Assembly (NCBI GenBank): GCA_031290885.1
Contig: JAISLQ010000006.1
Span: 39,639 to 103,638, forward strand
Source of the DNA: Acidaminococcales bacterium
Lineage (GTDB): Bacteria > Bacillota > Negativicutes > Acidaminococcales > JAISLQ01
Direction: 5' to 3'
Length of the DNA: 64,000 nt
How positions within the stretch are numbered: position 1 is the first letter of the stretch; every line of letters starts with the position of its first letter. A model generated the notes under the pieces. That model was not told the DNA's origin. It did not search any database and saw only the letters and a program-made list of their open reading frames with translations. The position numbers were made by a program, and so were the translations under genes. Shown in pieces: positions 27,761 to 36,990 of this stretch.

Positions 27761-27809
27761 AGCGCCCCTCCTGCGCAAGACATTTAAAGCTTCCCGGCGC
27801 GAGCCGCCG

Positions 27810-29018
27810 TCAGTCGAATTCGCCGCGGGTCATAACCACGCCCGGCTCAACGCTGTTTAGCCGCAAAGCCGGCAGCCAGGCCGACAACATGCTGAAAGCA
27901 AAGACGCCCAACGTGAGCGCGGCCGCCGCCGCAGCCATAAACGCCGCCGATGGTTGGGCGAAAGGGAACTGCTGATAATTTTCCAGCACGGCCAGCCCGC
28001 CCAGATAAAGTATCCCGCCCAGCGGCAACCCGAGCAAAGCCCCGCAGGCGGTAACGGCCGCCGCCTCTCCCAGCACCAGCCGGGACAGGTCGCCGGCGGA
28101 CGCCCCCAGCGCCATGTAAAGGCCCCATTCCGCCTGCCGCTCAACGATCATGGAACAAAACCGGGCGAAAAGGTGGAAAATGGCGCATAAAGCCGCTATC
28201 GCCCCGGTTCCGGCCAAAAGCAGCCCCAGAGCCGTAAATTGTTTTATTATCTGTTCTTTTGCCTGGGATGCGACGATCGTCTTTAAATAGCCTTCGTTTT
28301 GTATTCTTTCCACAATAAGATTAATGTCGGCTTGGGGAGCGGTTTTTAGCAAAACAGCAGAAATAAGCCCCTCCGGGTCGCCCGCTTTTTGCCAGACCGG
28401 GGCGAGCATGGGGCTTTCCCTGGCTACGCGCCTGGCCTCCGCCATGCTGACAAACAGCGATTTGTCCAAAGACGCGCCGGTTTTTTCCGCGACGGCGACA
28501 ATGTTGTACCATTTGCCCAGTATGGAAATTTTGTCCTGCGTCCAGGTAGGGACGCTGGCGCCTAAAATCACCTCGTTGGCGGCGAGCTGCGCCTTGTTTA
28601 TTTTTTTCAGCCAGGGCTTTACTATCCAGTCGCTTGCCGGGTCGTAGCCCAACATGCGGTTTTCGTTTCCTATGTCGTGGCAGTCGGCAGCCAGGGTATG
28701 CGTGAAGAACTGCTGGCTGGCGCGAGCCACGCCGGGTATCCGGGCCAGATTGGCCGCGGTGTCCGCGGGCATGTAGCGGTTGACCGTGGCGCCGCTGAAA
28801 AGATACATGCCGCCGTATTCCATTTCCACTCCGCCCGGCACGACGATGATATCGGCGCCCATGCGTTCCGTTAAAACGCGCAGGCCTTCATCGACGCCCT
28901 TCATAATGTTGGCCACGCAAAAAAGGATGGCAATGCCGGCGGCCACGGACAAAGCGAGCGAAACATTTTGCAGTTTGCGGTGCAGCAGGTTTTTAAAAAT
29001 CAATGGCCACATGACCAA
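27810..29018 (-). CDS. ABC transporter permease, FtsX/MacB-type with a large extracytoplasmic domain
   Basis: The ORF is 402 aa. An N-terminal TM (IFKNLLHRKLQNVSLALSVAAGIAILF) is followed by a soluble region of about 230 aa and then three C-terminal TMs. This topology is typical of the FtsX family. Confidence 0.8.
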   Translation of the reverse strand: MVMWPLIFKNLLHRKLQNVSLALSVAAGIAILFCVANIMKGVDEGLRVLTERMGADIIVVPGGVEMEYGGMYLFSGATVNRYMPADTAANLARIPGVARASQQFFTHTLAADCHDIGNENRMLGYDPASDWIVKPWLKKINKAQLAANEVILGASVPTWTQDKISILGKWYNIVAVAEKTGASLDKSLFVSMAEARRVARESPMLAPVWQKAGDPEGLISAVLLKTAPQADINLIVERIQNEGYLKTIVASQAKEQIIKQFTALGLLLAGTGAIAALCAIFHLFARFCSMIVERQAEWGLYMALGASAGDLSRLVLGEAAAVTACGALLGLPLGGILYLGGLAVLENYQQFPFAQPSAAFMAAAAAALTLGVFAFSMLSAWLPALRLNSVEPGVVMTRGEFD

Positions 29019-29042
29019 GCTCCTTTTTTAACATTAGGGCGG

Positions 29043-29462
29043 CTAACCTTCAGAACGAAGCCTTAGCATCCGCAGGCGCGAAAAACATAGAAACGCGCCG
29101 CTGGCCGCCAAAGCGGCCGCGCCGATGTTCGAGAAAAAAGCGGTTTTCGCGCAAGAGCCGCCGTGCGCGCAAATGCCTGACGCCCAGCTTTGCGGCAAAG
29201 CCAATATAAACACGCCGACGGCGAAAACAAAAAATCCGGCCGCGGCCTTCGCTTCGTCCGTGCGCAGGGCGAAAAGGCCCAAAGACGCGATCGCCGCCAG
29301 CAAAGCGAACAGGAACACTGCCTGATAAGTATAATGGCAAGGCATGGGCCGGCCGTTGCCAAGCCCGGAACAGATCGGGAAAAGGCGCGCTATGGCCAGC
29401 AGCCACAAACTGATCAAAAGAGAAAATGCCGACAGTCCTTTATACACCTTATTCATTGCCAT
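29043..29462 (-). CDS. DUF4418-like integral membrane protein
   Basis: The ORF is 139 aa with 4 predicted TM segments. The conserved-looking PMPCHYT motif and a C-terminal Cys pair (CAHGGSC) match my memory of the DUF4418 (M.CHWT) family, which is often found next to FtsX-type ABC systems. Confidence 0.55.
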   Translation of the reverse strand: MAMNKVYKGLSAFSLLISLWLLAIARLFPICSGLGNGRPMPCHYTYQAVFLFALLAAIASLGLFALRTDEAKAAAGFFVFAVGVFILALPQSWASGICAHGGSCAKTAFFSNIGAAALAASGAFLCFSRLRMLRLRSEG

Positions 29463-29471
29463 GCCATCCTT

Positions 29472-29648
29472 TCATTTGTGCCCGCCGGCCGCGTGCGGAA
29501 GCGGCGCCGCGGCGGGCGCGCCGTTTGTGTGCCGGGCTGCCCCGTCCGGCAAAGTTTTGAAACCGGGGCGGTTGTAACCGCCGTACAAGATCAAAATGCC
29601 GGCAAGCAAAATGAGCAGCCCGGAAAAGAAATACTTTTCGATTTTCAT
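29472..29648 (-). CDS. Small single-TM protein with a His/Ala/Pro-rich tail (58 aa)
   Basis: MKIEKYFFSGLLILLAGILILYGGYNRPGFKTLPDGAARHTNGAPAAAPLPHAAGGHK. The ATG at 29648 follows an AAAGGAGG RBS. It is the first gene of the DUF4418/ABC operon. It is an internal start within track ORF 29472..29819. Confidence 0.5.
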   Translation of the reverse strand: MKIEKYFFSGLLILLAGILILYGGYNRPGFKTLPDGAARHTNGAPAAAPLPHAAGGHK

Positions 29649-30088
29649 CAACAATCGCCTCCTTTTTTTCTCTTGGCGCCAAGCCAGGGCATGTCCGCGC
29701 CATTGTTGAACGCGCTGTTTGGGGGCGTATTTTCCGCCCGGCTTTGTACGGCAAGGCGCGTCCGGCTCCAAATCTCCCGCATTCTTATGCGGGCGCGTTT
29801 TATGTCCGGAAAAACGCAAAAGGCCGGATATGCGCGTTACATCCAGCCTTTAGATTTCTAATCGGCTAAAATATATCATATTTATATATTTAGTATGTTT
29901 TATTGTAGGCGATTTTTTCCCTTTTGTCAATAAGGAACTTCTAAAATTCCCATTTTGCCGAGGCCGCTTTCCAAGTTTGTTCGCGGCGAATTTGTAAATT
30001 TTTTGTAAACAGCCAGCCATGCGCCTGATTTTTGCGCATAAACGAACATAATAGCGGCAATGACGCATTTGGACGTTGGAGGGACGAG

Positions 30089-30364
30089 ATGGACGGATAT
30101 GTCAAAGCGGAAGAAATGGCGGCGCGTTGGAACGTGTCTGCGCGCCAAGTTCAATGGCTTTGCAAAAACGGCAAGATTGAAAGCGCGCCGAAATTCGGAA
30201 ATGCTTGGGCCATCCCGGATGGCGGCCACAAGCCAACGCGCACGGGGAAACGGAAACCCGGGCGCAAGCCGAAAGAACAATGCCCGGCAATTCGCAAGCG
30301 GGCAAAAATGAAAAAGGATGTTGCAAGCGCCGTTTATCAAGCGTTTGGGCGTCGACACTTTTGA
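30089..30364 (+). CDS. Helix-turn-helix DNA-binding protein (excisionase/MerR-like HTH_17 type)
   Basis: MDGYVKAEEMAARWNVSARQVQWLCKNGKIESAPKFGNAWAIPDG is followed by a Lys/Arg-rich tail. The ATG at 30089 lies 5 nt after GGAGGG. Confidence 0.65.
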   Translation: MDGYVKAEEMAARWNVSARQVQWLCKNGKIESAPKFGNAWAIPDGGHKPTRTGKRKPGRKPKEQCPAIRKRAKMKKDVASAVYQAFGRRHF

Positions 30365-30382
30365 GCCGGCGCCATATTTGAA

Positions 30383-30416
30383 AACCCCGCGTCCGCGCTT
30401 ACGCGGACGCGGGGTT
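30383..30416. terminator. Bidirectional terminator hairpin between convergent genes
   Basis: AACCCCGCGTCCGCG-CTTA-CGCGGACGCGGGGTT forms a 13-15 bp GC-rich stem, with AAAA upstream and TCTTT downstream. Confidence 0.75.
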
Positions 30417-30418
30417 CT

Positions 30419-31534
30419 TTACCCGAGGTATTTGCTGATTTCTTTATGGTAATTGCTTTTGCCGATGTTGATGCTGCGCCCTTTGTCCGTCCTGACGACC
30501 AGATCGTCCGTCCCATGTTTGCCGACGAACACAATGGTGCCGCTTTCGCCGTTTTTCAAAACAACGCGCTTGCCTTGCAGGGAGTCGCGTATCTGCACTA
30601 ACATGGACAAACAACTGCGCGCGTCCATCTTTTTGAACATTTCATCGTCAAGTATTTCCATAACGGCCAGCGGCGGACGTTTGGGCTGGTAGACGCGGTC
30701 GGTGGTTACGGCATCGTAAGTGTCGGCAACCGCTATTATTTTTGAAAAGTCGCGTATGGATTCGGCTTTCAGCCCAAGCGGATAACCGCTGCCGTCAATC
30801 CGTTCGTGATGCTGCAACGCGGACAGCCGGACATCTTCCGGGATGCCGTCCACATTGGTCAAAATTTTGTAGCCTTCTACCGTGTGCTGCTTCATCAGCT
30901 CAAATTCGGCGGCATCCAGTTTGCCCGGCTTGTTTACTATTTCTTTGGGAATTTTTGCCTTGCCTATGTCATGCATCATTCCCGCCAGGACAAGGGTGTC
31001 GATCTGGATTTCGTCCATTTTAAGCCAGCGCCCGATAATGCCGGCCAGGACGCCGACGTTCACGGAATGTTGGTAAGTGTAATCATCCCGGCCGCGCAGG
31101 TTCTTCATCACGTGCACAAGGGAATAGTTGTCAAGGAGGCCGTCAACGGTGCTTTTGGCCATGCTCATGACATCGTCAAGGGAAATAGTGTTGAATTGGT
31201 TGGCTATGTCAAAAACATTTTTAACGTAAGAGACCGTCCCCACATATTTTTCTATGACGACTTTTTTTTCTTCCGTCGTATAATCTTCAATATTGCGCTT
31301 GCCAAAAGAAAAATCGGAAATATCGTCGTCTTTGGCGGAAACATCCGATTGTTTGTCGTTGTCGGGAAACAATATGCTCAAAGAAAAAAGTTTGCCATAA
31401 TCCCGCACTTGCCGGAGCGCGTCCGCCGACAATGGTTCCTCGCTGTTTTGAATGATGTTGTTTCTTATCACGATCGGTTCAGCCAGCATCATTCCAACTT
31501 TCAGGCTGTCAACGGTTACTCTTTTTATCCCCAT
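30419..31534 (-). CDS. HD-GYP domain protein (putative cyclic-di-GMP phosphodiesterase)
   Basis: The ORF is 371 aa. It shows HSVNVGVL, MMHDIGKAKIP and HHERIDGSGYPLGL (HD...HHExxDGxGYP). The N-terminal ~150 aa form an unassigned sensor region. Confidence 0.88.
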   Translation of the reverse strand: MGIKRVTVDSLKVGMMLAEPIVIRNNIIQNSEEPLSADALRQVRDYGKLFSLSILFPDNDKQSDVSAKDDDISDFSFGKRNIEDYTTEEKKVVIEKYVGTVSYVKNVFDIANQFNTISLDDVMSMAKSTVDGLLDNYSLVHVMKNLRGRDDYTYQHSVNVGVLAGIIGRWLKMDEIQIDTLVLAGMMHDIGKAKIPKEIVNKPGKLDAAEFELMKQHTVEGYKILTNVDGIPEDVRLSALQHHERIDGSGYPLGLKAESIRDFSKIIAVADTYDAVTTDRVYQPKRPPLAVMEILDDEMFKKMDARSCLSMLVQIRDSLQGKRVVLKNGESGTIVFVGKHGTDDLVVRTDKGRSINIGKSNYHKEISKYLG

Positions 31535-31912
31535 GGATTAACCTCCGTTTCGATAAAGATGAACATAAAGTTCATGTTGAGGGAACTTCCCAACAATCCA
31601 CTGCGGCGCCGGATGTTTTTCCGTCCATGCCGCCGAAAATTTGCCTTCCGCAGTAAACCCGGCGCTTGCGCCGTCCCCGAATGGGCGGACGATACCTGCT
31701 CGCCGCCGCATATCCAAGCGGCCATTAGAGATTCCCCTGGGCAAAAAGGCAAAGTCCTTGCCTGCCGCTTTGTAATCCAAGCAACATTTGCCGCGGCACA
31801 AAGGGCGGCGTATCGCAATATTCTTTTTTTAATGCAGATACCACTATTATAACACAAAATTATCTTGCTACCACATAATAATTAACAAAGTGTGTCCAGT
31901 TCGTCATGCTGC

Positions 31913-31941
31913 TTGACAGTTGTATGGAAAAATGCGATAAT
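31913..31941 (+). promoter_or_regulatory. SigA-type promoter of the ilv leader
   Basis: TTGACA (31913-31918), a 17-nt spacer, then GATAAT (31936-31941). Confidence 0.6.
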
Positions 31942-31947
31942 ACTTAG

Positions 31948-32233
31948 TAATATAATTGATTGGAGCCAATCATTTTTCAATTTAATGTTATTTAAAAGTG
32001 ATGATTGGGAATATGCGGTTCGCGCTAAGCCATAGAGAGCCGGGGCAGCTGAAAACCGGCGCGCGGGGCGGCCGGCTGGATCACCCATGAACTCATAGGC
32101 GAACGCGCGTCCAGTAGCCTGATGCGTTGCCCGCACGTTATCGCGGGGACGGTTTGCAGATCGTCGTTTAGCGACAAACCAGGGTGGTACCGAGCTTTTG
32201 AGCGCCCCTGTCCTTAAAGGGCAGGGGCGTTTT
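31948..32233 (+). promoter_or_regulatory. T-box riboswitch leader, leucine (CUC) specifier
   Basis: The elements seen are GTGATGA, then AGAGAG, a specifier context GAA-CTC-A (about 32088-32094), the conserved T-box AGGGTGGTACCG (32181-32192), and an 11-bp terminator CGCCCCTGTCC/GGGCAGGGGCG followed by TTTT (32203-32233). Confidence 0.8.
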
Positions 32234-32532
32234 CAATGTCCGGCTCGGAATCAACGGGCTATGCTGCTGTGGCGGCCGGATTTCCCGCTCTCTTTGGGAT
32301 AGCGGGGCGCTTGGGGAAATTTATAACTGTCTGTTGCGGCGCAGCGCCGAATGTTTTTCCGCCTGAAACGCCGATTGCCCCCGCAGGGGGCAATCGGCAG
32401 ACAGAAACATCGCATTATGCCACGCGGAAAAATTTCTCGCCGCAGCATGCCGCAAACGATAAAATAAGGGCCCAGCGGGAGCGTGCCGGCTTAGGATGTG
32501 ACGCCTGATTATTATTTTTCGAGGTGATTTTA

Positions 32533-32784
32533 ATGACAGTCGAACTAAGAATCACAACCAGAAACGAATCTACCGCTTTGCCGCGCGTTCTGCGCATAAC
32601 GGCGCGGCAAAGCTGCGCGCTGAAAAAACTCACTTTGCAGCCGGTCGCGGACGATACCGCGCTGGAACTGTTTTTGTTGCTGGACTGTCAGGAATCGCCG
32701 CTTCGTCTGATTAAACTCCTGCAAAAACAGATACTGGTCATGGACGTAAGCCTTTTGAAAGAAGAAGTTTCGCTGGCTGTCTGA
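32533..32784 (+). CDS. Acetolactate synthase small (regulatory) subunit-like ACT protein, IlvM-like
   Basis: The ORF is about 83 aa. TALPRVLRITARQSCALKKLTL...LELFLLLD parallels E. coli IlvM (ETLERVLRVVRHRGFHVCSMNM...). It lies immediately upstream of ilvB. The ATG at 32533 follows a GAGGTG RBS. Confidence 0.6.
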   Translation: MTVELRITTRNESTALPRVLRITARQSCALKKLTLQPVADDTALELFLLLDCQESPLRLIKLLQKQILVMDVSLLKEEVSLAV

Positions 32785-32806
32785 CGACGGCGCAAGGAGA
32801 GATGGA

Positions 32807-34483
32807 ATGAAAATCACAGGCGCGCAGGTCATTGTGAATATACTTTTGGAACAGGGCGTGGACACGGTTTTCGGTTATCCGGGCGGGCAGGTCATACCGC
32901 TCTATGACGCGCTCTATGATGCTCCGCTCAGGAAAGTGCTGCCCGTGCACGAGCAAGGCGCCATACACGCGGCGGACGGTTATGCCCGCGTGAGCGGGCG
33001 CACGGGCGTCTGCATCGTTACTTCCGGCCCGGGCGCAACCAACATAGTTACCGGCTTGGCTACGGCCTACCTCGATTCCATTCCGCTAGTCGTCATTTGC
33101 GGGCAGGTGCCTACCCCCCAGATCGGCCGCGACTCTTTTCAGGAAGTGGACATAGTCAGCGTTTCCCTTGCCGTAACCAAATACAGCGCGGTCGTTTTGC
33201 GGCCGGAGGATTTGGCCGGCACTTTGCGCGAGGCTTTCGCGGTCGCCCGCAGCGGGCGCATGGCGCCGGTATTGATCGACATTCCGAGCGACATACAAAG
33301 GGCTTTGATTGATTGGGACGAAGAGGGCAACGCGGCGGAAATGGACATAGAGGAAGAAGACCTGCCTTTTGACCTGTCGGCGGTCAAGGCGGCGGCCGGC
33401 CTCATCTGCCGGGCCGAGCGCCCGGTGCTTATGGTAGGCGGCGGGGCGATACAGGCCGGCTGCAGCTGGGCAATCCGTGAATTGGCCGGCAAAACCGGCA
33501 TGCCGGTCGTCAGCACTCTAATGGGGCTGGGAGCTTTTCCGGGCAGCCATCCGCAATTTCTGGGCATGAGCGGGATGCACGGCCAAAAGGCGGCCAATCT
33601 GGCCGTAAGCAATTCGGATGTCATCGTCGTCGTTGGCAGCCGTTTTAGCGAGCGCGTAACCGGCGACCGTTCCCGGTACGTAAAAAGCAAAAAGATCATC
33701 CAATTTGACATAGACCCTTCGGAAATGGACAAAAATGTAACCGTCGCCCTGCCGATCGTTGCCAATCTGTCAAACTCCATGGCCGCCTTGGCGGCGGAAG
33801 TGGAAGTGCGCCCGGACATTTCGCGTTGGTGGGAACAAATAGCAAAATGGCGGGAAGAACACGCGTATAGCGACGAAGGCGACTTCAACCCTTACTGGAT
33901 TTTAAGGGAAATCAACAAGGCTTTCCAGGACGAGGAAGTAATCTTCGTTACCGACGTGGGGCAAAATCAGATGTGGGCGGCGCAGGCCCTTTGCATTATG
34001 GAGCCGCGCACTCATATAACCTCTGGCGGCAGCGGCACGATGGGTTTTTCCATGCCGGCGGCCGTGGGCGCGCAGATCGCCAAACCGCGGGCGCGGGTGG
34101 TGCAAATCGCCGGCGACGGCGGATTTAAGATGACCGGGATGGAGCTTTTTACCGCAGTAAACGAAAAACTGCCCATCATCAGCATAGTTTTGAACAACCA
34201 TGTGCTTGGCATGGTGAAACAATGGCAGGAACTATTTTTTAACAAGCGCTTTTCCTCCACTTTGTTGGAATATTTTGACTTTGTGAAATTCGCCGATTCC
34301 TGCGGGGCAAAAGGCAGAAAGGCCGGCAGCCGCGAAGAATTCCTGGCGGCGTTGGTGGAAGCTAAAGCCGCTCGGCAACCTTTTCTGCTTGAGCTTTCCA
34401 TTTGCCCGGACGCCATGGTAAAACCTATGGTTGCGCCGGGAGCGGCCATTGACGAATTTGTCGAATTTAAAGCGGGCAAATGA
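32807..34483 (+). CDS. ilvB: Acetolactate synthase large subunit (ThDP-dependent)
   Basis: The ORF is 558 aa. It shows MKITGAQVIVNILLEQGVDTVFGYPGG, HEQGAIHAADGYARVSG, TSGPGATN, FQEVD, GTMGFSMPAAVGAQ, GDGGFKM and NNHVLGMVKQWQ. Confidence 0.93.
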   Translation: MKITGAQVIVNILLEQGVDTVFGYPGGQVIPLYDALYDAPLRKVLPVHEQGAIHAADGYARVSGRTGVCIVTSGPGATNIVTGLATAYLDSIPLVVICGQVPTPQIGRDSFQEVDIVSVSLAVTKYSAVVLRPEDLAGTLREAFAVARSGRMAPVLIDIPSDIQRALIDWDEEGNAAEMDIEEEDLPFDLSAVKAAAGLICRAERPVLMVGGGAIQAGCSWAIRELAGKTGMPVVSTLMGLGAFPGSHPQFLGMSGMHGQKAANLAVSNSDVIVVVGSRFSERVTGDRSRYVKSKKIIQFDIDPSEMDKNVTVALPIVANLSNSMAALAAEVEVRPDISRWWEQIAKWREEHAYSDEGDFNPYWILREINKAFQDEEVIFVTDVGQNQMWAAQALCIMEPRTHITSGGSGTMGFSMPAAVGAQIAKPRARVVQIAGDGGFKMTGMELFTAVNEKLPIISIVLNNHVLGMVKQWQELFFNKRFSSTLLEYFDFVKFADSCGAKGRKAGSREEFLAALVEAKAARQPFLLELSICPDAMVKPMVAPGAAIDEFVEFKAGK

Positions 34484-34621
34484 CTTCCGGCGGCCATTTG
34501 CGCCTTTGCCCGCACGGGCAAGTGTTCGCAGGCGGCGGCCGCGCAGGATTTTGACGGTGGTTGCAGAAGTTAAGACAGGCAAGGCGGACGCTTGCGGAAT
34601 TTGTTTTCGGGAGGGAAAATT

Positions 34622-35080
34622 ATGTTAAGGAAAATACTCGTGCCGGTAGACGGGTCGGAACCATCCTGGCAGGCGCTGAAATACGCGGCCGAAATCGGCG
34701 CGAAATTTGAAAGCGAACTCTTGGTCGCCCATATTGTCCAGCCTTTTTACAACGCCAGTTTGCTTGCTTTGCCCATAGACAGCGGCCTGTTGGCAATGCA
34801 AATGGACGATCTGAAAAAGAACGCCGAATCCGTCCTCGCGGCGGCTAAAGAAAAACTCGCGCCTTATTCCGTCAAAGTAGCGACAAAACTAGAGACCGGG
34901 CATCCCTCGGAGCGCATATTGAAAATAGCGAGCGAAACAGGCTGCGACGCGATCGTGATCGGCTCGCGCGGGCTTTCCGGCATAGCCGAATTTGTCTTAG
35001 GGAGCGTCAGCTCAAACGTTTCCCAATACGCCAATGTTCCCGTGTTGATCGTAAAATGCGACAAAAAGACGGGAAAATGA
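34622..35080 (+). CDS. Universal stress protein (UspA family)
   Basis: MLRKILVPVDGSEPSWQALKYA...CDAIVIGSRGLSGIAEFVLGSVSSNVSQYANVPVLIV. The ATG at 34622 follows a GGGAGGG RBS. Confidence 0.88.
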   Translation: MLRKILVPVDGSEPSWQALKYAAEIGAKFESELLVAHIVQPFYNASLLALPIDSGLLAMQMDDLKKNAESVLAAAKEKLAPYSVKVATKLETGHPSERILKIASETGCDAIVIGSRGLSGIAEFVLGSVSSNVSQYANVPVLIVKCDKKTGK

Positions 35081-35128
35081 CGGAAGAAAGACCGATCCAG
35101 GATGATTGCGCGTTCTTGCCCCTTTGGG

Positions 35129-35356
35129 TTACTTTTTGCCGAAAGGAGGCAGATTTAAAGGTTTGAGGCTTAGTTTCATGACTTTTTCCGCCGCTTCGTC
35201 CATAGACAGTTCCTCGCGGGCGGAGCCTCTTTCCATTACGCATACCGGCCGGGCGCAGCCGATCTCCCCGCCGGGCATGTAAATGTAGTCGTTGTTGGCG
35301 GTATCGCCGAAAACGACCCCGGCGGCGAGTTTTTCCTTTGTAATATGGTTGCTCAT
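35129..35356 (-). CDS. Hypothetical small protein
   Basis: The ORF is 75 aa with balanced composition (MSNHITKEKLAAGVVFGDTANNDYIYMPGGEIGCARPVCVMERG...). It is co-directional with corA and 31 nt downstream of it. I do not recognise a family. Confidence 0.4.
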   Translation of the reverse strand: MSNHITKEKLAAGVVFGDTANNDYIYMPGGEIGCARPVCVMERGSAREELSMDEAAEKVMKLSLKPLNLPPFGKK

Positions 35357-35387
35357 CGTTCATCCTTCCCCAACGCGCCGACGGCAG

Positions 35388-36338
35388 TCAAAACAGGCGC
35401 TTTTTCCAAAGCAGGCAGGCGGTAACAAGCGCTATGGCAAAGGCAATGGCGCAAACTATGGCAAAGCCCTGCGGCGCCCCGGCTAAGGGCACGGGCACGT
35501 TCATGCCCCAAAAACTGGCGATCATTGTCGGCACGGCCATAGTGATCGTCATGGCCGCCAGGAATTTCATGACAATATTTAAGTTGTTGGAAATGATGCT
35601 GGCGAAAACTTCCATCATGGAACTGAGTATGCGCATGTACATTTCCACCATGTCGATGGCTTGTTTATATTCGACGATGACGTCTTCCAAGAGATCTTCG
35701 TCTTCCTCAAATATGCGGATGAGCTGCGAAAGCTGTTTGGTGGCGCGCAGGCGCAGCAGCCTTTCCGTCAGTATGTAATTGCCGCGCAGCGAAGCGGAAA
35801 AGTAAGTTAGGCTTTTTTCTAAGTCAAGCAATTTAAACAGTTCGTCGTTTTCCATGGATTTGCGCAGATGGCTTTCCAGTTCATCTGTGCGTTTATTGAT
35901 GTTGCGGATATATTTGAGATAGAGCGTCGCGGATTTGAACAGCAGTTGAAAAAGGAACCGGGTTTTTTTCGCCGTGTCGAAAAGCCCGGGCGCGCCTGCG
36001 GCCAATTCGCCGATCAACGCGTTGGGTTCCAAACATACGGTGATAAAGCAGTCTTCTTTTATGATGATGCCCAAAGGCAGCGTTTCATAGTCTTTGCTGC
36101 TGCGGAAAATAGGTATGTCAATCAAAATAAGCACCTGATCGGACTCGATCTCAATACGGGCGCTTTCTTCCTCGTCGGTCGCCGCCATGAGAAAATCCAG
36201 CATTGCGCCAGTTTTTTGCGCCGTCAACGCCAGTTCGTCGCTTGTGGGGTTGCGCAAATCTATCCAGCAGCCCTTTTCCCGGTTTTCAAAATCCAGTTCT
36301 TTAATGCGCGTGCCCACGGTCTTATATATGTTGATCAT
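35388..36338 (-). CDS. corA: Magnesium/cobalt transporter CorA
   Basis: The C-terminus has two TM segments with the FWGMNVP (GMN) motif. The ATG at 36338 follows a GAGGAGGGGGAG RBS; the ORF track starts at 36362. Confidence 0.9.
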   Translation of the reverse strand: MINIYKTVGTRIKELDFENREKGCWIDLRNPTSDELALTAQKTGAMLDFLMAATDEEESARIEIESDQVLILIDIPIFRSSKDYETLPLGIIIKEDCFITVCLEPNALIGELAAGAPGLFDTAKKTRFLFQLLFKSATLYLKYIRNINKRTDELESHLRKSMENDELFKLLDLEKSLTYFSASLRGNYILTERLLRLRATKQLSQLIRIFEEDEDLLEDVIVEYKQAIDMVEMYMRILSSMMEVFASIISNNLNIVMKFLAAMTITMAVPTMIASFWGMNVPVPLAGAPQGFAIVCAIAFAIALVTACLLWKKRLF

Positions 36339-36427
36339 GGCTCCCCCTCCTCTCGCGACCATTGCCGTGACGGCAATTTCGGGCGGCGTTTCCCGCCGCG
36401 CCTCGGACCGGCGTCAGATAGCGGCCG

Positions 36428-36673
36428 TTATTTGCCAAGTTCGGTTTTAAGCGCTTTGGCCAATTGATCGGCGCAAGAAGTCTCTTTTGCGCCGCAACGG
36501 ATGCCTTCAAGCTTTGCGATCACCTCGTCGGCCGGCATCCCCTCGACCAGCGCGGCAATCGCTTTTAGATTGCCGGGGCAGCCGCCGTAAAAGAAAACTT
36601 TTTTTAACAAATTGCCTTCTATTACAAAATCCACCTGCGATGGGCAAACATTGTTTAATTTGTAAGTTGGCAT
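36428..36673 (-). CDS. TIGR03905-family small Cys-motif protein
   Basis: MPTYKLNNVCPSQVDFVIEGNLLKKVFFYGGCPGNLKAIAALVEGMPADEVIAKLEGIRCGAKETSCADQLAKAL matches the remembered pattern (GGC.GN, GI.CG.K.TSC.DQL). The ATG is at 36673. Confidence 0.65.
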   Translation of the reverse strand: MPTYKLNNVCPSQVDFVIEGNLLKKVFFYGGCPGNLKAIAALVEGMPADEVIAKLEGIRCGAKETSCADQLAKALKTELGK

Positions 36674-36990
36674 GACAGGCCTTCTCTCCGCAAAAACCGG
36701 CAAGGCGGCATCCCCGGCGGCAAAGGCGGGAATCTTTGCGCGAAGCCGGGTATGCGCCATTTGACGGCGAAATGAATAAGTTTTGTCGTTTTATTTCGAC
36801 GCGAAACACGCTAAATCCTTGCCGGACATGCGGCAAAAACCACTATTTTTCATTGGGGGCGACCTTCCGGCAGTTGCGGTTGCGCTTTTTCCTGTTTTTT
36901 GTTACCATAAAGGTAATGGCGGCGACATGGTTGAAGACGTTCAAACATGGGCATTTCGGCGGCATTAATTTTAGCGAAAGGTCGGTTTTT

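Noticed and set aside
36736-36990. An upstream extension of the ridA ORF of about 85 aa.
   Set aside because: The extension has no similarity to the RidA family and crosses the divergent promoter region. Conserved RidA sequence starts at the ATG at 36991.
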